Source of the DNA: an uncultured Thermoplasmata archaeon
Lineage (GTDB): Archaea; Thermoplasmatota; DTKX01; DATEUP01
Reading direction: 5' to 3'
Length of the DNA: 47,416 nucleotides
Assembly (NCBI GenBank): GCA_965541515.1
Contig: CBEUCC010000003.1
Coordinates: 1 to 47,416 of the forward strand
Below the pieces are notes generated by a model, which ran no database searches, had not been told where the DNA came from, and was given only the letters and a program-made list of their open reading frames with translations. Below, one piece after another: positions 18,788 to 28,506 of the stretch. Position 1 is the first letter of the stretch. Every line of letters starts with the position of its first letter. The translations under genes were made by a program, and so were the position numbers.

Positions 18788-20722
18788 TCAGGGCCGTTGG
18801 GCGTCGCGTCGTCTCTTACGATGGACATGGATGGCCGCAAGACCCAACGCGGTGGAGATTGCTGCGACCGCCCCCGCGATGGTCGTTCCATCGTCGACGG
18901 CCGATCCACCCCCGACGTCGACCACTAGCGACGCCTCATTGTCGGCTTCGTTCGCCTCCGCTACGGACCCCCACGGGTCCCCTTCCGCCAGCGGGGGGTC
19001 GACGCGGGCCGTGAGCGTGTGGTGGCCTTCGACCGCGCGCCATACGACGACAACGACGGTGTCCTGGCCAGCTTCGAGCCTGGAAACCTGTGCGATTCCG
19101 ACTTGCTCCCCGTTGTCCAGGAGTTCCACGGTGAACCGCTCCGCCGCCACCAGGCCGCCATTGTGCACGCGGATGGCGATTCGGATGTCCTGGTCCACCC
19201 GGGGCGCTATGTCCGAGGCGACCATCGACGCTGGTCTCAGGTCGGCACCCCCGACGACGAGCCACAGGTAGATGGGGTCGACTCCGCCCATCGGTCCCCA
19301 CGCACGCAGTGCCAGGAGCCGTTGCCCGTCCTCCACACCGTCGGCGACCGGCACCTCGATTCGCAAGCGCACGGTGGCGTCAGGTGTGATCAAGAAAGGG
19401 GAGGGCCACGGGCTCCCCCGGGGCAAGGCGCCAAATGGCTCAAGAAGGCGGAAGCGGGGCGTCCTGTCCTCGGGGATGCCCGCCAGCTCGAAGCTCAATT
19501 CTCCCGGAGCGTTGCCGCGCACCTCGATTTCGACATCGAATTACGCAAGGGTGTCGGGCCCGGTCACCGCCGTGCCGTTGATGGCCGCCAGCGTCGCGTT
19601 GAAGGTCCGGTTCACCACGATGGAGAGCGGCACCTCAACGCCCTGGCCGTCCGGCCCGCAAAAGCAGATGGCGAGCTCGTGTAGGCCCGGCGGCGTCTGC
19701 TCGCCGACGGAGACGATGAATTCCGACCGCGCGGTGCCCCCGGCCGGAATCTCCCACGTGGGGCTCGTCGGGCTGAAAGGCCCGATCCTTGGCCCGGTGG
19801 GAGCCTCCTTTGCCCACGGCGCCGGGAGCTCTTCCGGTTGTGCGCCCCCGTTCGAGACCTTGATCGCCCCCAGGAGGCGGTCGCCCGGCCACGCGGACGG
19901 AAAGGGGGTGGCATCAAACGTCAGCCGGCTCGTTGTGCTCACGACTACGCGGACCTCAGTCTCGGCAGCCACGTTGAACCCCGGCGCGTGGGAGCGAAGC
20001 ACGAAGGAGATGACTGTGCCATCAACGACCGCGGTGGGAATGCGGGCGCCGAAGCTCGTGCGCCAAATCTCTGCCGTCTTGACAACGGTCTCCCTCGCTT
20101 CCCATGAAACGAACGCTTGGTGGCTTGTCACATCCAAAACTAGGCGCAGCGGAACGAATGCGTTTCCCGTCGCAGAGATGCTGACTGCGAACGCGACCTC
20201 CTCGCCCGGCGCGGCCATCTGGACGACGGGGTCGGCATCAATGCGAATCTCAAGGGCGGCCTCGACCGCGATTGTCACAGAAACCTGGACGCGCGCCTTG
20301 GGGTTGGCATCCGAGACAGCCACCACGATGATCTCCATCGATGTCCCGGGGTCCGCGAATGACGCGATCTCGGCGTTGACCAAGAAGTCCAAGGTCGCTG
20401 CCGCGGCGACCTCGACGCCGTGCGCGACTACGCTCACCGAAATCCCCTTGGCAGCGTCTCCTTCGCCGGCCTCCCAGTGGAGACGGACATAGTCCGTAGC
20501 GTTGCCATGGTTCGTGACCCGCCCGTCGAATGTCACCGCATCGCCCCGGAAGCCCGTGCGGCTGGGCTCATCCACCTGAATGGCCAAACCGCCGGCTCCC
20601 CCGGGCGCATCCCCATGGGAGGACGGCCCTGCGACGGCTGACCACGGCAACGCGACCAAGGAGACCACGAGAAAGGCGGCGCCCAGGCGCCGGCTGCGCT
20701 GCCCGTGGTTTAGGGCTCTCAA
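18788..20722 (-). pseudogene. Surface-protein array copy 3 (no propeller head), split by a single in-frame TAA at 19541-19543
   Basis: ORFs 19541..20722 and 18788..19522 are in the same frame and read GPDTLA*FDVEIEVRGN. The signal peptide is in the first part; CARDB (EANEADN), TM and RKRRR are in the second. Confidence 0.75.
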
Positions 20723-20757
20723 CGCTCGTCCGCCGCGCGAATCAGAGGGGGGTGCGG

Positions 20758-20772
20758 GATAAGTGCCTTATC
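20758..20772. promoter_or_regulatory. Perfect inverted repeat GATAAG-N3-CTTATC overlapping the probable promoter of array copy 3
   Basis: Seen directly, about 35 nt upstream of TTG 20722. Its function is inferred. Confidence 0.35.
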
Positions 20773-20811
20773 GAACGGTATTCGGTCAATTGGTGGGTCT
20801 TCCAGGGCGCA

Positions 20812-23800
20812 TCAGGACGACTGCCCTTTCCGCCTCCTCAGGATCACATAGCCTGCGGTCCCGGCCAAGGCGGCAACCACGGCGACTACGAGCAGTATTC
20901 CAAACGCGCCGGTCGGTTCGGGGCCGGCCGCCCCTCCTGCGATCACGACGACGACCGACAACTCGTTGTTCTCCTCGTCGACCTCACGGATCTCGCCCCA
21001 CGGATTTCCTCCATGTATCGGTGGGTCAATCCGCATGGTGAGCCGGTGCTCGCCCGGGCTCGCTATCCACCGGAAGACCACGTCCCGCTCCTCGCCCGCG
21101 ACGAGCGAGTTCACCGCGATTGTTGCGATCGTCTCGCCATTGTCCTGGAGGTCAACCCATACCGTGCTCTTGTTCGACCGCGCGTCGTTGTAGAACCGCA
21201 GGCCCACCGTCACATCCTGTCCCTCGAGGGGCGACGGGGGCGAGAGCACCATGATCACGGCCCGTAGGTCGGCGTCGAACACCTCGAGGCGGGCAAAGGC
21301 TACGTCGGATGCGCCCTCCTCGGTCGAGGCCAGGAACTGCACCGTGTAATCCCCCGCAGGGGTCTCGTTCGTCAGCGCAACGGCGAGGCGGAGCGCCACC
21401 GACGATCCGGCCGCGAGCACGATCGAGGAGTTCCACGGGGTTCCTGCCGGCAGGTCGCCAAGCATCTCGGCAAGCGTCAGGTTGATCGAGGCACCTGGCG
21501 GCATCCCCGCCACCGAAATCCCGACCGACACCTCCTTGGTGCCTGTCGAACGAAGGAGCAAATCGAAGTTCACGATTCTCCCGGGGGGCGACGCCAAATA
21601 ACCGGCCACAACAGAGAGGTCCAGCCCCACCACGCCCGCGACCCTGACAGCTACTACCAACTCAAGCGGCGGGCGCCCCTCGCTGCAAATGCAGATGGTG
21701 ATGTTGTACGGGCCCGGCGCGGTGCCGGCTGGAGGGGTCAAGTTGAGCCGCGTCGCGTTGGCCGTCCCCGGTCCCAACGACAGGTTTGCCGGTGCAGCCT
21801 CCCCCGCCGACCAACCGGCAGGTGTGTCGGTGACGACGACGCCCACCTGCTCGTTCGCGCTCCCGTTGTTAGTGATCGAAATGTTGAGCGTCGTGTTCCC
21901 GCCCGGCGGGCCGGGGGACGCGGGGTCGACATCCACCGCGATCTGCCGGTCGGGTTCCACAACGGCCCACATGGTAACCGAGGCGCTCGATCCGAAGTCG
22001 ACGGCCGTGGCGGTCAACGTGAAACCGAAGCGGTCTCCATCGATTGCGCTATGGGGGATCTGTGCGAGGATCGGTACATCGGCAGATTCGCCGCCGGCGA
22101 TCCATACGTCGGGGATGCCGATTGTCGCTGTGATGGCCGAAGCTCCAATGGTGAGCGTGATCCGGGCGGCCTCCTGAATGTTGCCGGTGTTTCGCACGGA
22201 GACCGTGTAGTTCAGGGGCGTTCCCCAGGGGGCGGTCCGCAGGTCTGGGTGTGCGTCCAGTTCGATTGAGACAGTCGGGTCCACGAGCACGCTCAGGTTC
22301 GCGACCGATCGAACCGTGGTGTCGACTTGGGACATGGCCACCACCTGTGCCACGAGTACGGAACCAGGGACAGCGTCGTCGGGAACGTGGAAGGACGCCG
22401 ATACATTCTTCGCGGACTTGGGGCCGACCGTCAGGCTTGTCTGGTTGAACCGGACCGTAACGCCGTAGTTGCCAGCGCCGAATACGTGTTGCAGCAGAAC
22501 GGGTTCGGTCAGGTTCTCGAGGTTTTCCACCCGTCCCTGGAATTCCACCGTCGCGCCGGCGAGGGCGGTCTGGTTCGCTTGGTCGAACAAGAGGCTGATC
22601 GCGCGCGGGTAGTAGACGTACGTGGGGAAGTTCACAAGGTCCTCGCCGCCAAGGGAACAATTCGTGCTGGCGGTAATGTTGACCCATACATCGTCCCCCT
22701 CTTTGGGGCTAGCGGGAGAGGTTATCTGGAGGCTGGCGTCCACCCCGCCCCCCCGCGGGACATCCACGAAGTCTGTCGCGTTCAGGAAGATCGCCCAGCC
22801 GGACCCAGGTGGCGCGCCCGTCACATCCAACTGTAGTGTCAGGTTCGCCGACCAATACCCCGTGTTGTTGAGTCGCAGGGGGAGATGTTTCGTTTCGTCT
22901 GGGAGGATGAAAAACATCGCCGCGATATCGTACCGATCCGCCCACAGCTCGGCGCCGCACTGGTACGACCGCTTATAGTAGACCTCCGCGTCCCCACCCC
23001 GTTCATCCGACCAAACCAGGTGGAGGTTGTCCCAGGGGTCGGCCGCGATCCACGGGTTGGTCGAGTTGCCCGTCGCGTTTGTTACCCGGACGTTCGTCGG
23101 GGCGCCCGGGTTGCCTTCTTCGCCGGGCCGCACAGTCACGAAGAAGATCTCCCGGTCCCCGGTGCGCGCGTCCGACCACACAGCCACCGAACGGCCGTCG
23201 CTAAGGCCCGCTCCATGGACTCCCGTCACATTGCGCGCGTTGGTGTCCGAGATCACCCTCCCGTTTACCACACGCATCCCGCTGTCGTTGAACAACGACA
23301 TGTAGGCCTTCCCATACTCGGCCCAGAACACTTGGGTGTTCCCGTTGGGCATGGGGACGGGATAAACGATCTGGGGTTGCCAATTGCTCCGGACCACCTG
23401 CGAGGCCATGTTCTTGAATCCCCACTTGTTGAAGCGTGCAAGGTAGGTGTCGCCGGACGCGAAAGTTATCAGGATGTCTTCGGTCCACGGGTTGACAGCT
23501 ACCGTCGGAAAGTACGCACGGTACAGCCCGGCGCTTGTCACCATTCGGGGCCCCCAGACAGTCTCCCCCTCGTCGTCAACGAGCACCACGTAGATCTCGC
23601 TCCTCGTCGGGCCCGGGAGCGTCGCGTTTTCGTACACGACCGCCGCGGTCCCGTTGGGGAAGACGGCGATCGCGGGGTTGAGGATGCGTTCACCGTTCGA
23701 ACGGACGATAACTTTCGGGCCCACGAGCACGTTGCCCGCGCCGTCCAACTGCACGTACGTCGTGTTGTTCGACTCGGCGTACACGACGAAGATGCGGCCC

Positions 23801-24195
23801 TGCGCGTCGGCCCCCACGTTAGGGGCATAGGTGTAGTTCGGACCCCAGGCACCGCCCGTCTCGTTCGTCACAAGCGACCCCGCGGTCGTCGCGGGCGCGG
23901 TGGTGTTGGTTAGCCCCGACCACCATGCGACCTCACCGGACCGGTTCGCCTTCCACAGCACCGTCGCCGAGAGGTTCTCGTCGGCCCATACGGCCGGCTC
24001 GAAATCGGCGCCCGCGTCCGCCGACACGCGGACGTCAGCCGACCACGCCCGGTCAACCACCCACACGTCCCCCGGCTGGAGGTCGGGCTGCCCGGTCACC
24101 GGCCACGACGATATCACAAGCAGGAAGACCACGCCAGCCGCCAGCACTTGCCGCTTCCGGACGTGGCTGTCAGGCGTACGTGCATGAGGTGTCAC
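20812..24195 (-). CDS. Surface-protein array copy 4: propeller head, NEW3/Ig domains, CARDB, TM
   Basis: GTG 24195 follows GGGAGG. Signal RKRQVLAAGVVFLLVISSWPVTG. Shares YLARFN, MFFI-x-P-x-ETK, HVFGAG and DTTVR with copy 2. CARDB end EVDEENN, tail VILRRRKG. Confidence 0.85.
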   Translation of the reverse strand: MTPHARTPDSHVRKRQVLAAGVVFLLVISSWPVTGQPDLQPGDVWVVDRAWSADVRVSADAGADFEPAVWADENLSATVLWKANRSGEVAWWSGLTNTTAPATTAGSLVTNETGGAWGPNYTYAPNVGADAQGRIFVVYAESNNTTYVQLDGAGNVLVGPKVIVRSNGERILNPAIAVFPNGTAAVVYENATLPGPTRSEIYVVLVDDEGETVWGPRMVTSAGLYRAYFPTVAVNPWTEDILITFASGDTYLARFNKWGFKNMASQVVRSNWQPQIVYPVPMPNGNTQVFWAEYGKAYMSLFNDSGMRVVNGRVISDTNARNVTGVHGAGLSDGRSVAVWSDARTGDREIFFVTVRPGEEGNPGAPTNVRVTNATGNSTNPWIAADPWDNLHLVWSDERGGDAEVYYKRSYQCGAELWADRYDIAAMFFILPDETKHLPLRLNNTGYWSANLTLQLDVTGAPPGSGWAIFLNATDFVDVPRGGGVDASLQITSPASPKEGDDVWVNITASTNCSLGGEDLVNFPTYVYYPRAISLLFDQANQTALAGATVEFQGRVENLENLTEPVLLQHVFGAGNYGVTVRFNQTSLTVGPKSAKNVSASFHVPDDAVPGSVLVAQVVAMSQVDTTVRSVANLSVLVDPTVSIELDAHPDLRTAPWGTPLNYTVSVRNTGNIQEAARITLTIGASAITATIGIPDVWIAGGESADVPILAQIPHSAIDGDRFGFTLTATAVDFGSSASVTMWAVVEPDRQIAVDVDPASPGPPGGNTTLNISITNNGSANEQVGVVVTDTPAGWSAGEAAPANLSLGPGTANATRLNLTPPAGTAPGPYNITICICSEGRPPLELVVAVRVAGVVGLDLSVVAGYLASPPGRIVNFDLLLRSTGTKEVSVGISVAGMPPGASINLTLAEMLGDLPAGTPWNSSIVLAAGSSVALRLAVALTNETPAGDYTVQFLASTEEGASDVAFARLEVFDADLRAVIMVLSPPSPLEGQDVTVGLRFYNDARSNKSTVWVDLQDNGETIATIAVNSLVAGEERDVVFRWIASPGEHRLTMRIDPPIHGGNPWGEIREVDEENNELSVVVVIAGGAAGPEPTGAFGILLVVAVVAALAGTAGYVILRRRKGQSS

Positions 24196-24274
24196 GGGGC
24201 GCCGCCTCCCTATCGACGGGGGAGGCCCCCATATGGCCCTTTTGGGTCGGTTGAGCCGATGGCGTGCGTCGGGC

Positions 24275-27200
24275 CTAGAAGTCCTCGATCCGCGTCCGGC
24301 GCACCTTGTCGTTCTCAAACAGCGCGTTGATCGCCTCCTCGGCCAGCGCCACCCGCTGCCGGATGTACTCCGACACCGGGTACCGGTCCACCATAGCCTG
24401 TGTGACCTGGAGGTACTTCTTGACCGAGGCCTCGTGCACAAGGAGGAGCAGCGACCCCCCGCACTCCAGGCACTGGCCCTTCAGCGGGACCCGCCGATAC
24501 TTGCGCCCGCACGCGGGGTTCCCGCACCGGGCCCCCTGCCGGGAGAACGCCTTCATGTTCCCCACAAGGTCCGGCAGGAAGTGCGTCTCGATGACGCGCG
24601 CGGCCACGTCCGCCGCGTCGACCGCGCGGATGCGCGTCGCTAGGTCGAGCTGCGCCTCCATCTTCTCCACCATGGACCCCATCTCCGAGTACGCGGAGCG
24701 CGCCGGGCCGGCGCTTATGTCGGCGGTGTCATGCGTGAACGCGAACCCCTCGTACTGTCCCGGCGTGCCGATGCGCGCGCCCACGGAGTCGATCAACTTC
24801 GTCACCTCGTTCGGGTGCGCCCCCCGCTCGGCGGCCTCGAAGAGCGCGAGCGGGTAGCGCGCGGCCACATCGATGTTGTGGGCCTCCTTGTCGATCTCGT
24901 TGGGGTCGATCCGCACGGAGAGCACCAGCGGGGCGTCCATCTTCCCCCCGCGCGACGACGGGAGGAACTTGTGCGAGAAGTTGAGGAAGCCCTCGAGCAG
25001 CAGCATGATGCTGTCCTCGTCCCCGTCGCAGTTGCGGCGCTTGGCCGCGTGGAAGAAGGGGTGCGCGTAGGCGACGCGCGCCGTTGTGAACCCGAGGATC
25101 CGCGCGAGCACGCCCCCCGAGGTGTGCGGGGCCAGCCCGATGACGAGCTGCCCGATCAAGTCCTCGGGGGACTTCGCCATGTAGAACGGTTCCATCCGGT
25201 AGATCTTCTCGAGCTCGTCGTCGACGAAGGCCGCGACGCGCAGCAGGTAGTCCCCGCAGCCCTTCGACAGGACGAGGTCCTGCGGCCGCAACTCGATGTG
25301 CTGGTCGTCGCGCTCGAGCGGCGCGCCGAGGTGGTCCTCCTCGTACCCGAGTTCCCGGGCCCGCTCGGGGGTCAGCGCAATCTCCCGCAGGCGGACGTGC
25401 GTCACCGGGACATCCGTGAGGTCGAACCGCACCGTCCCGTCCCGGAAGACGAACACCCGGTGCTTGGCCCGCAGCAGCCCCTTGTGGAGGGGCTCCGGGA
25501 TCTTCTCCTGCGAGATGAGCCCCCGCACACCCTTGACACCGGGGGCACTTGCCATCCCGAGGTCCTCCTTCGCCGCCTGGAGCACCTTCTTGACGGGCAT
25601 CCGGAACTTCCGCGGGTAGGTGCCCGTCGGCTCCGTCGAGCCACCGCACAGGCACCGGGGCATCGGCCACTTGCGTCCGCACGCCGCGCACCGGCGCGAC
25701 GCGACCTCCACCTCCACTTGCGCGGCCCGCGCGGCCTCCTTGACCAACCGCTGCGCGCCGCCCGAACCGCCGATGGGGAAGAGCGCGTGTACGGGCGGCT
25801 TCATCGTGCGCTCGCGCGCTTTCTCGGGCCGGCCCATGCGCGCGCCAATGCGGGTGGGGGCCTTCGGGCGGACCCTGACTCCAAGGAGCGCGGAGACCGC
25901 CTCGTGGCCGGGCGTCTCGGGGGCCATGCCCTCCGGCAGGCGTCGGGTCCGGCGCAGTTGCCCGCTCTGCCCGGCCTCGAGGCCGAGCGAGGCGCACAGC
26001 GCCGTGCCGCCCGGTTCGACGACCGCCCTTCCGTCGCGGCGCCGGTGGGGCATCGTTAGCTTCCACAGGAGTTCGACGGCCCGCGGCGTGGCGTCCAGCG
26101 AGAACGCATCGCCCGTGAGCGACCCGGTTTCGGCCGCGACCGCCGCCAGGCGTTCGACGTCTTGCGCGGCGAAGTCGTTCCACATGAATGTGTGGTCCGG
26201 GTGGAGCGCCACGCCGTGCTCCCGTGAGAGCGCAAGCGCCTCCCCGAACGACGGGTGCCGGGGCGTCGCAACGCCTGGAGCGCGCGCGCCCAGCTCCGCT
26301 TCCCACCACTCGTCGCACCAAGCGCCCGGGGCCAGGTCCTTGTTGTTTTCGATGAACTCCCCGAAGGGCACAAGCAGCTCCCCGACGTCGAGGATCGTCT
26401 CAATCCGCTTCTCGACCTTGCGGAACTCCTCGAGGCTGTTCAGATGGACGACATCGCCGTTGTCCAGTCCCACGACCGGCCCCTCGATCGAGTCGCACGG
26501 GGTAACCGCCCCCGCTTTCCCCGGGCGCTCGATCTTCATCTGCGTGCCGACCGCCAGGAACGAGTGAAGCGCGTACATGGTTGCGGGGTGCACCGCAATG
26601 GCCGCGAGGCCGGTCGTTCGGGCGCGCCCGTAGCGCAGGCGGAACCCCCCCGGGCGGGAAGGGTGCGAGAACACCGGGCGCCCCGCGATCAGGTCGCGGA
26701 TGTAGCGTGCGGGCCCGCGCTCCGGGGCGGTGGGCCCTGCCGCCGCGATCACATCCCGCGGCCGACTCCCCCTCTTGATGGGGATCGGTTCGCCGTTGCC
26801 GTCGTCCTCGTCGTGGCCCGGCTCCCCGTCGGTCTCGTCCTCGGCGGGGCGCCCGTGGCGGTCCGCGCTCCCCCCCTCGGCCGTCGTCTCTTGGGGTGGC
26901 CTCGCAGGGTCCTCCGACTTCTTCGGCTCCACCTCCGCTAGGAAGTCCCACCCCTCGAGGCCTAGCCGGCGCACATGCTTCAGGACCTTCGGCGCCTTCA
27001 GGCACAGGCCCTCCGCGATGACCAGGCACGCCCCGCCGCGCAGCCGGTTCGTCTCGACGCGCGGGAGGTCGCGGTAGCCTGAGATCTCGACCTTCTCCGT
27101 CCCCTCCCCGTTCACCGAGACCGGCAGGTGGGAGACGATGAGGTGCACCTCCTCCGCCGTCGGCGTGTACTGGAGGTGTTGGGCCTGCTTGTAGGCCGGG

Positions 27201-27772
27201 ATCTCCTCTTTGAACCGCTCGATCTCCTCCGGGGTCGCCCGGTAGGCCCCAATCCCCATCGAGCGGCGCGCGACGTCGGCGATGAGCACCGAGAGCGCCT
27301 CGGCCGTCCCGCCTGCCGCGCGGATCGGCCCCGAGAAGTAGACGTCGACATAGGTCGAGCCGTCGTCGTTCGTCTTCACCTTGACGCCCGTCATCCCCTC
27401 GAGGGGGGCGACGAGCACACCCTCCGTGAGGATCGCGAGCCCGGTGCGCACGGCCTGGTCAATCGCCGCGTCGGGGGACTTCCAGGCGCCACTCCCAATG
27501 ACCTCCTTGGCGATGGCCAGCGAGACCTCCTCGCGGTTCATCGTCTTCGAGAGCGCGCGGATGCGCTGCGCGATACCGCGGGGGCCCACGAGGTTCTCCA
27601 CGCGCTCGGCGAGGTCGTGGGCCAGCGGGATCTCGACCGTGGGGGCCGGGTCAAACCCCTGTGCACGGGCGGCGCGCGCCACCGCAAGCGCGCGGTCCGT
27701 TTCGTCCTCGAGCTTGCGGAAGTACGCGCGCATGGCCGGGGACGCGGCCGGGCCGGTCGTTTCCTGAAGCAC
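24275..27772 (-). CDS. polC: DNA polymerase D (Pol II) large subunit DP2
   Basis: AVRTGLAILTEGVLVAP, GPIRAAGGTA, GGFRLRYGRART, RIGARMGRPEKA, GLAPHTSGG, catalytic HAAKRRNCDGDED, C-terminal Zn finger and PIP-like RIEDF. No intein seen. Confidence 0.97.
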   Translation of the reverse strand: MLQETTGPAASPAMRAYFRKLEDETDRALAVARAARAQGFDPAPTVEIPLAHDLAERVENLVGPRGIAQRIRALSKTMNREEVSLAIAKEVIGSGAWKSPDAAIDQAVRTGLAILTEGVLVAPLEGMTGVKVKTNDDGSTYVDVYFSGPIRAAGGTAEALSVLIADVARRSMGIGAYRATPEEIERFKEEIPAYKQAQHLQYTPTAEEVHLIVSHLPVSVNGEGTEKVEISGYRDLPRVETNRLRGGACLVIAEGLCLKAPKVLKHVRRLGLEGWDFLAEVEPKKSEDPARPPQETTAEGGSADRHGRPAEDETDGEPGHDEDDGNGEPIPIKRGSRPRDVIAAAGPTAPERGPARYIRDLIAGRPVFSHPSRPGGFRLRYGRARTTGLAAIAVHPATMYALHSFLAVGTQMKIERPGKAGAVTPCDSIEGPVVGLDNGDVVHLNSLEEFRKVEKRIETILDVGELLVPFGEFIENNKDLAPGAWCDEWWEAELGARAPGVATPRHPSFGEALALSREHGVALHPDHTFMWNDFAAQDVERLAAVAAETGSLTGDAFSLDATPRAVELLWKLTMPHRRRDGRAVVEPGGTALCASLGLEAGQSGQLRRTRRLPEGMAPETPGHEAVSALLGVRVRPKAPTRIGARMGRPEKARERTMKPPVHALFPIGGSGGAQRLVKEAARAAQVEVEVASRRCAACGRKWPMPRCLCGGSTEPTGTYPRKFRMPVKKVLQAAKEDLGMASAPGVKGVRGLISQEKIPEPLHKGLLRAKHRVFVFRDGTVRFDLTDVPVTHVRLREIALTPERARELGYEEDHLGAPLERDDQHIELRPQDLVLSKGCGDYLLRVAAFVDDELEKIYRMEPFYMAKSPEDLIGQLVIGLAPHTSGGVLARILGFTTARVAYAHPFFHAAKRRNCDGDEDSIMLLLEGFLNFSHKFLPSSRGGKMDAPLVLSVRIDPNEIDKEAHNIDVAARYPLALFEAAERGAHPNEVTKLIDSVGARIGTPGQYEGFAFTHDTADISAGPARSAYSEMGSMVEKMEAQLDLATRIRAVDAADVAARVIETHFLPDLVGNMKAFSRQGARCGNPACGRKYRRVPLKGQCLECGGSLLLLVHEASVKKYLQVTQAMVDRYPVSEYIRQRVALAEEAINALFENDKVRRTRIEDF

Positions 27773-27858
27773 GTGCCCCCTCCCCTCCCGCGGGCTGGAG
27801 ACGCGGGGTCAAAGCGAGGGGGCGTGGCGGAGAAATAGGTTGGTGCGAGGTTCTACGT

Positions 27859-28158
27859 GTGGAGGGGGGGCACGCCCGTAGGGACGAGGAGAATCTCGCG
27901 GCGGACCAGTTGTTCCTCGACCAAATCGACGAAGAGAACCTCCAAGGCGAGGAGCTGATGGCCAGCGCAAGGGTGAACACGGAGGGAAACCTCCGCCTCA
28001 AGTTCAACAAGATCCTGGAACAGAAGTTCGTTGACCGGATGGACCAGAACGGGGCTATCCTTGAGCGATTCATGGGGGATAAGGATTTCCAAGAGGCGGT
28101 CACGCGGTACTTGCTGCGCTGCGTCATGGATGCTGCTGCCGGGGAGGCGTCCCCGTAG
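27859..28158 (+). pseudogene. Isolated C-terminal fragment (~99 aa) of a type I restriction enzyme R subunit (HsdR-like)
   Basis: ADQLFLDQI...ASARVNTEGNLRLKFNKILEQKFVDRMDQNGAILERFMGDKDFQEAVTRYLLRCV resembles, from recall, the C-terminal helical tail of one HsdR subfamily. No nuclease or helicase part upstream. Possible GTG start at 27859. Confidence 0.6.
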
Positions 28159-28506
28159 CAGCACCCGCTGCGACGCTCCAAACCCCGAAAAGCCCTCCTC
28201 CCCTAGTCGGAGCCGCCCTTGGCCCCGTTCCATCCTGCCTTCACCCTCCCCGCGGCTCTCCACATGACCTACACCGCGCGCGTCCCCGCTTGGCGCTTGG
28301 TGGGGGCGGCGTTTTGGGGGCTTCTTGTTGCCGTTGCGGCGGTGCCGGGGCCATGGCAGCGCGGGTGGGCCGCCGCCAAGGTGGACGAGTAACCCGCCCC
28401 GTCATGTGTATGTCGGGGGCGGGGGCCCAGCGCCGCGGCACCTGACCGACGGGACCCAAGGGAACCGTTGGTTCAATAACCTTCGAAACCTGAAATCAGA
28501 ATCCGC

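Noticed and set aside
11629-24195. Diversity-generating retroelement acting on the surface-protein array
   Set aside because: No reverse transcriptase in the window, and I saw no near-identical TR/VR pair with adenine-specific mismatches. The paralogs are similar only at the protein level.
24196-24441. Extended N-terminus of array copy 4 overlapping polC
   Set aside because: It overlaps the polC 3' end. The signal peptide and SD point to GTG 24195.
26720-26935. Acidic/Pro-rich ~70-aa insertion in DP2 as a possible mini-intein
   Set aside because: It lacks C/S...HN intein ends and lies in the variable linker after the DP2 N-terminal domain.
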